Below are positions 53,521-58,637 of a stretch of DNA of 58,637 bases, piece after piece. The notes beneath the pieces are model-generated. The model was not told the DNA's origin. It saw only the letters and a program-made list of their open reading frames with translations, and made no database searches. Numbering within the stretch: the stretch's first letter is position 1; every line of letters begins with the position of its first letter. The translations under genes were made by a program, and so were the position numbers. Origin of the DNA: Octopus bimaculoides (lineage: Eukaryota). The DNA lies in assembly GCF_001194135.2 (NCBI RefSeq), contig NC_068993.1, positions 2,953,400 to 3,012,036 of the forward strand, in the 5' to 3' direction.

Positions 53521-53553
<33 letters not shown>

Positions 53554-53743
53554 GTATGTATATATATATACATATACACCTATATACATACATNNNNNNN
53601 NNNTATATATGCAAATATATAGATATATATATACACATACATATATATATATATATAGGCATAATCATATTTATATAAATCTTGTATATAACTAGATGCA
53701 TACACATATGCATACATACATACTGGCACCTATATATGTGTGA

Positions 53744-53782
<39 letters not shown>

Positions 53783-53795
53783 CACACATAGATAA

Positions 53796-53830
<35 letters not shown>

Positions 53831-53912
53831 CAATATACATATACATTATATATATAATTATATCTATATTTGTATACATATATCTATATTAATCTACACA
53901 CACACATATATG

Positions 53913-53957
<45 letters not shown>

Positions 53958-53967
53958 ACACACAGAA

Positions 53968-54002
<35 letters not shown>

Positions 54003-54855
54003 CACATATATACATACATACATACATACAAACATGCACACACACATATACTGATATACACACATATTTATGATATGACATTTGCTATAAATGTAGAATT
54101 AAAAAAAAAAAGAAAAACATACACATATCATTATGTACAAAATCAACAACAACCACAACAAAACAAGTCTATAGAAACTTGTAGATTCTGTTATTCAAAA
54201 AGGTTATTGATTAACGCAAGATTTGTATTGCTAAATCCACTTGGAGGTTAAATCAAACATATATATCTATCTATAACTCTATTTAGCTCCATTAATTTAT
54301 AGCTTTGGTTAGAAATCAAATTTATTGATTCGTACTGGCAATAAGCATTATGTGTCTGGAAATCACTTTGCCCGTTCAATACCTTGAAATGGATGTAGCA
54401 AAATGTACACACAATGAAGACATATTAGTCAGAGAATGATTTATGTATGTGTGCATACACACACACACACACATTAATATATATATATATATATATANNN
54501 NNNNNNNATATATATATATATATATACATACAAACACATGCATACATACGTATATACATATGTGTGTTTGTGTGTATGAATGCATGGACATGTGGTTATG
54601 ATGTTTGCTTCCCACTGCTGTGGTTCTGAGTTCAGTCACACCACATGGCCCTTTGGGAAAGTCTCTTCTATTAAAGCCCTTTGTGTACTTTTCTTTAAAT
54701 GACTGCTGTTTCCTCTACCACAACAGCATCAACTCCTCCTAGTACTACTGCTGCAGAACCACAACTCCCTCTTTTTGTCAAACTGCTAAGTTATGAGGGC
54801 GTAAACACATCAACATCGGTTGTCAAGTGATGGCAGAAGGACAAATACAGGCACA

Positions 54856-54905
<50 letters not shown>

Positions 54906-56089
54906 NNNNNNNNNNNNNNNNNNNNNNNNNNNNNNNNNNNNNNNNNNNNNNNNNNNNNNNNNNNNNNNNNNNNNNNNNNNNNNNNNNNNNNNNNNNNNNN
55001 NNNNNNNNNNNNNNNNNNNNNNNNNNNNNNNNNNNNNNNNNNNNNNNNNNNNNNNNNNNNNNNNNNNNNNNNNNNNNNNNNNNNNNNNNNNNNNNNNNNN
55101 NNNNNNNNNNNNNNNNNNNNNNNNNNNNNNNNNNNNNNNNNNNNNNNNNNNNNNNNNNNNNNNNNNNNNNNNNNNNNNNNNNNNNNNNNNNNNNNNNNNN
55201 NNNNNNNNNNNNNNNNNNNNNNNNNNNNNNNNNNNNNNNNNNNNNNNNNNNNNNNNNNNNNNNNNNNNNNNNNNNNNNNNNNNNNNNNNNNNNNNNNNNN
55301 NNNNNNNNNNNNNNNNNNNNNNNNNNNNNNNNNNNNNNNNNNNNNNNNNNNNNNNNNNNNNNNNNNNNNNNNNNNNNNNNNNNNNNNNNNNNNNNNNNNN
55401 NNNNNNNNNNNNNNNNNNNNNNNNNNNNNNNNNNNNNNNNNNNNNNNNNNNNNNNNNNNNNNNNNNNTATGTATGTATATATATATATGTATGTATATAT
55501 ATATATGTATGTATATATATATATGTATGTATGTATATATTTGTATGTATATATATATATATTTGTATGTATATATATATATATTTGTATATATATATAT
55601 ATATATATATATTTGTATATATATATATATATATTTGTATATATATATATATATATTTGTATATATATATGCCAGTATGTATGTGTATGCAAAAACACAC
55701 ATTCTTTTTCTATTTATAGTTATTGAATCTGTAAGTCCCCATTGTAGTATAAACAACCATATCCCATGTGTGGTGATAACTCAATGAAATTTTATAGTTA
55801 TTAGACCTATTAACTTTCTAATAGTTTTAACAAATATTTACATGTACTTTATTGCAAAAATGATTATTTATACATGTTATATACTTATAACATATCTGAT
55901 AATCACTTGATGGAAACATACACTCGCTTTCTGATTGATTTAACAACTGTTTACTTTAATTTATTCTCTGAAATAATTATTTGGAAATTTTACATTATTT
56001 CTCTTGTTTAGAAATGTATCCTTTCTTTTATCAAACTTCAAAGTAAATCCTTAACTTATAACATGCAAACAGCAGTATAATATAGTATA

Positions 56090-56500
56090 TCTATGTGTGT
56101 GTGTGTTTGTATGCATTTCTCTTTCGATATGTGTGTGTGTGCGTATTCGTATGCATATGTATTTCTCTGCGTATGTGTGCATGTTTGTAGGCATGTGTGT
56201 ATTCTCTTTCTCTATATGTATTTGTGCGTGTGTGTGTGCGCATTCTCTCTCTATATATGTGCGAGTGCATACCTCTATGTATATGTGCATGTTTGTATGC
56301 ATGTGTTCATTCTCTCCATATGTGTATATGTGTGCATGTTTATATGCATTCTCTATATATGTGTATGTGTGCATGTTTGTATGTATGTGTTCATTCTCTC
56401 CATATGTTTGTATGTGTGCATGTTTATATGCATTCTTTATATGTGTGTGTGTGCATGTTTGTATGCATATGTGTGTACATTCTCTCTCGCTATGTGTGTG
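56090..56500. repeat. degenerate minisatellite built from TG/TA/CT microsatellite units
   Basis: recurrent atgtgtgcatgtttgtatg...attctctc units, including two higher-order copies of about 82 bp at about 56282-56446. Confidence 0.75.
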
Positions 56501-57084
56501 TGAGTGTAAGGGTTTATTTGCTGGGCAAGTGATTCGATCTGAGAGTGTATGTTGAAACAAATATTTACAGCATGGAAGAATCACGTAAGCCTTTCAAAAC
56601 CACACAAAAATCTGTTAATTTCACTGAAACTTTAGAAACCAAAACATATTTCATGAGATGAAAAGTTTCACACCAAATAACTAAAAAAACATAAATGTTT
56701 AAGTGAAGTTAACCATTTTTGATGGTGTTTTTAAATGCCTGATATGTCTTCCACTCTACAATTGTTCAGCTATGTATACAGACCCACATGCACATATATG
56801 TGCATATGCATACTTATATATTTTTGAATATATATATAGTCCACTCTGCTGGGTGGTTGGTGTTAGGAAGAGCATCCAGCCGTAAAAACCATGGCAAAAC
56901 AAACACAGATATCTGGTGCAGTCTTCTGCCCTGGCCAGCTCCTGTGAAGTTGTTGTCTTATGACAAACCATTGCCTTGTCTCTTGAGGAAGGTATGTCTT
57001 CATGGCACTAGAGCTATCCTTGATAAGTCACCATGGTAGAAGACTCACATCTCTCCAGGAAGATGCTAAGGATATTCAGGGTGA

Positions 57085-57585
57085 AGGCACATGCCTTGAT
57101 GGTTAGAGCATTTGGCTCAAGATCATAGGGTCGTGGGTAGAGTTCTTACCAATGTGTTGTGTCCTTGACCAAGATACTTTATTTCACATTGCTCCAGTTT
57201 ACTCAGCTGGCAAAAACGAGTTGTACCTCTGTGGAATGGTTGGCATTAGGAAGGACATCCAGCTATAAAAACCAAGACAAAACAGAGTAGAGCCTGACAC
57301 AGATCCCTAGCATACCAGTTTCAGGTAAACAGTCTAACACAAAGTGGTCGATATCGACCCCTGGGGGTTGGTGGGACTATTCAAGGGATCAGAAAATGCC
57401 TGGAACTGCACATCTACTAAATTATCATTGTTTATTTATTTTCTTGTACATACCTGCAGGGGTCGATGAGGGTTCAAGGATTCTATGAAGGGGGTCGATG
57501 GTCTAAAAGGGTTGGTGACCCCTGGTCTAACACATACCAGCATGGGAAATGGAATCCAAATGACGATAATGATGATGACGACCTG
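57085..57585 (+). mobile_element. composite SINE (tRNA head, V-like domain, RTE-type tail) interrupted by a hAT MITE
   Basis: head at 57085; ttcacattgctccagtttactcagctggcaaaaacgag; tail resumes at 57533 as cataccagcatgggaaatgg...gatgatg. Confidence 0.75.
57340..57524 (+). mobile_element. hAT Buster/Charlie-type MITE with 8-bp TSD GTCTAACA
   Basis: TSD at 57332-57339 and 57525-57532; right end gggttggtgacccctg; subterminal tcgacccc/ggggtcga repeats; left TIR shortened. Confidence 0.85.
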
Positions 57586-58026
57586 TAATTCAAAGGGCCA
57601 GCCATGTTGCATTCATCCCCACATGGGAGACGCATCTTTCAATAATGCTGCTGACAGTACGAGTAATGTAGGTTATTGGTGTCACCAAAATATTAGAACA
57701 ATTTGTTGTCAAACTAGTTAGACAGGGGTGGATTATGGGTGTAGGAATAAGCAATTATGTGATTGCTCAGTTATTGATATTCAAATACGTAACATTAAAG
57801 CCATGAAATAGATAACAACATAAATAGATGATAAGGAAAAGAAATGGAAATCTTATTTTTTTCTTCTACTCAATCATGCAATGTAAATTACAGCAATCGT
57901 AATCCAGTGTATTCTTCTGGTCTGACATGCAATATTACATGCATACACAAAAAGGTATATATAATTTATTTGTGTATGCATATACACATATTTATATTTA
58001 TGTGGTGTGCAAATGTGTATATTATC

Positions 58027-58075
<49 letters not shown>

Positions 58076-58270
58076 CCCACACACCTACGTACAAACTCAC
58101 ACACTCACACATATATGAATACATACACACAAAGGTATATCTAATTTACTCATGTATACATATCTATATGTAAGTGGTGTGTGAGTGTGTGTATGTATTA
58201 TCTGTGAATAGGATCAATCGCTAGCCACTAAAGCATTTCTTATTCTCTCTCTGTTTATTTCCTCTTCTTC

Positions 58271-58306
58271 CTTTCTGTTGAAGAACGTAGGCTTGAAACT
58301 TAAAAG
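58271..58306 (+). ncRNA. decayed minimal hammerhead ribozyme relic in a Penelope-like repeat
   Basis: cttt CTGTTGAA gaac gtag gctt GAAAC TTA aaag; same layout as 24641-24679. Confidence 0.45.
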
Positions 58307-58396
58307 ACTTTCTTACCTTCCTGAACATTAGACTAATACACCTGTTTGTTGCTTACACACCTGTCTTTGTCTTTTGTTTTTTTTGTAAATTCCCTG

Positions 58397-58637
58397 TCAG
58401 AGTGTAAGTATCTTGAGAGAAAAGCTGAACATAAGAAGCATCAGTTGTGGTGTGCAAGAGAGACGATTGCGCTGGTATGGACATGTGGTGAGAATGGATG
58501 AGGATAGCTGCGTGAAAAAGTGCCACACCCTAACAGTTGAGGGAACCCGTGGAAGAGGTAGGCCCAGGAAGACCTGGGCTGAGGTGGTGAGGCAAGACCT
58601 TCGAACATTGGGCCTCATCAAGGCAATGACTACTGAC
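58397..58637 (+). mobile_element. RTE-clade LINE 3' coding region, well preserved, continues beyond the window
   Basis: open frame QSVSILREKLNIRSISCGVQERRLRWYGHVVRMDEDSCVKKCHTLTVEGTRGRGRPRKTWAEVVRQDLRTLGL (RLRWxGHVxRM and GRPRKTW motifs). Confidence 0.92.

Overview
AT-rich, gappy eukaryotic genomic DNA with about 19 N-gaps, most likely from an octopod cephalopod. That assignment is an inference from the dense (TA)n/(CA)n/(GATA)n/(ATT)n microsatellites and the recurrent SINE and RTE-tail families; it was not database-checked. Nearly all ORF-track entries are microsatellite or N-gap artefacts. What is supportable is a transposable-element graveyard: several tRNA-derived SINE families, RTE and CR1-like LINE fragments, two decayed Tc1/mariner-superfamily transposases (DD37D maT-like and DD41D rosa-like), hAT-type and TA-TSD MITEs, and several long inverted repeats. 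No intact protein-coding gene can be assembled. There are a few low-confidence candidate exons and one CpG-retaining promoter-like patch (about 29.15-29.46 kb) with a kappaB-like decamer and a strong splice donor. The most interesting signals are: (1) dispersed minimal type-I hammerhead-ribozyme motifs of the Penelope/retrozyme kind, best preserved at 18698-18775 on the minus strand; (2) a tandem duplication at 13.3-13.8 kb in which each copy has its own perfect hairpin and the interior is flipped between copies; (3) an inverted repeat with arms of about 590 bp around a 1.55-kb spacer containing a GC-richer open frame of more than 100 codons. I found no clearly new multi-gene system.
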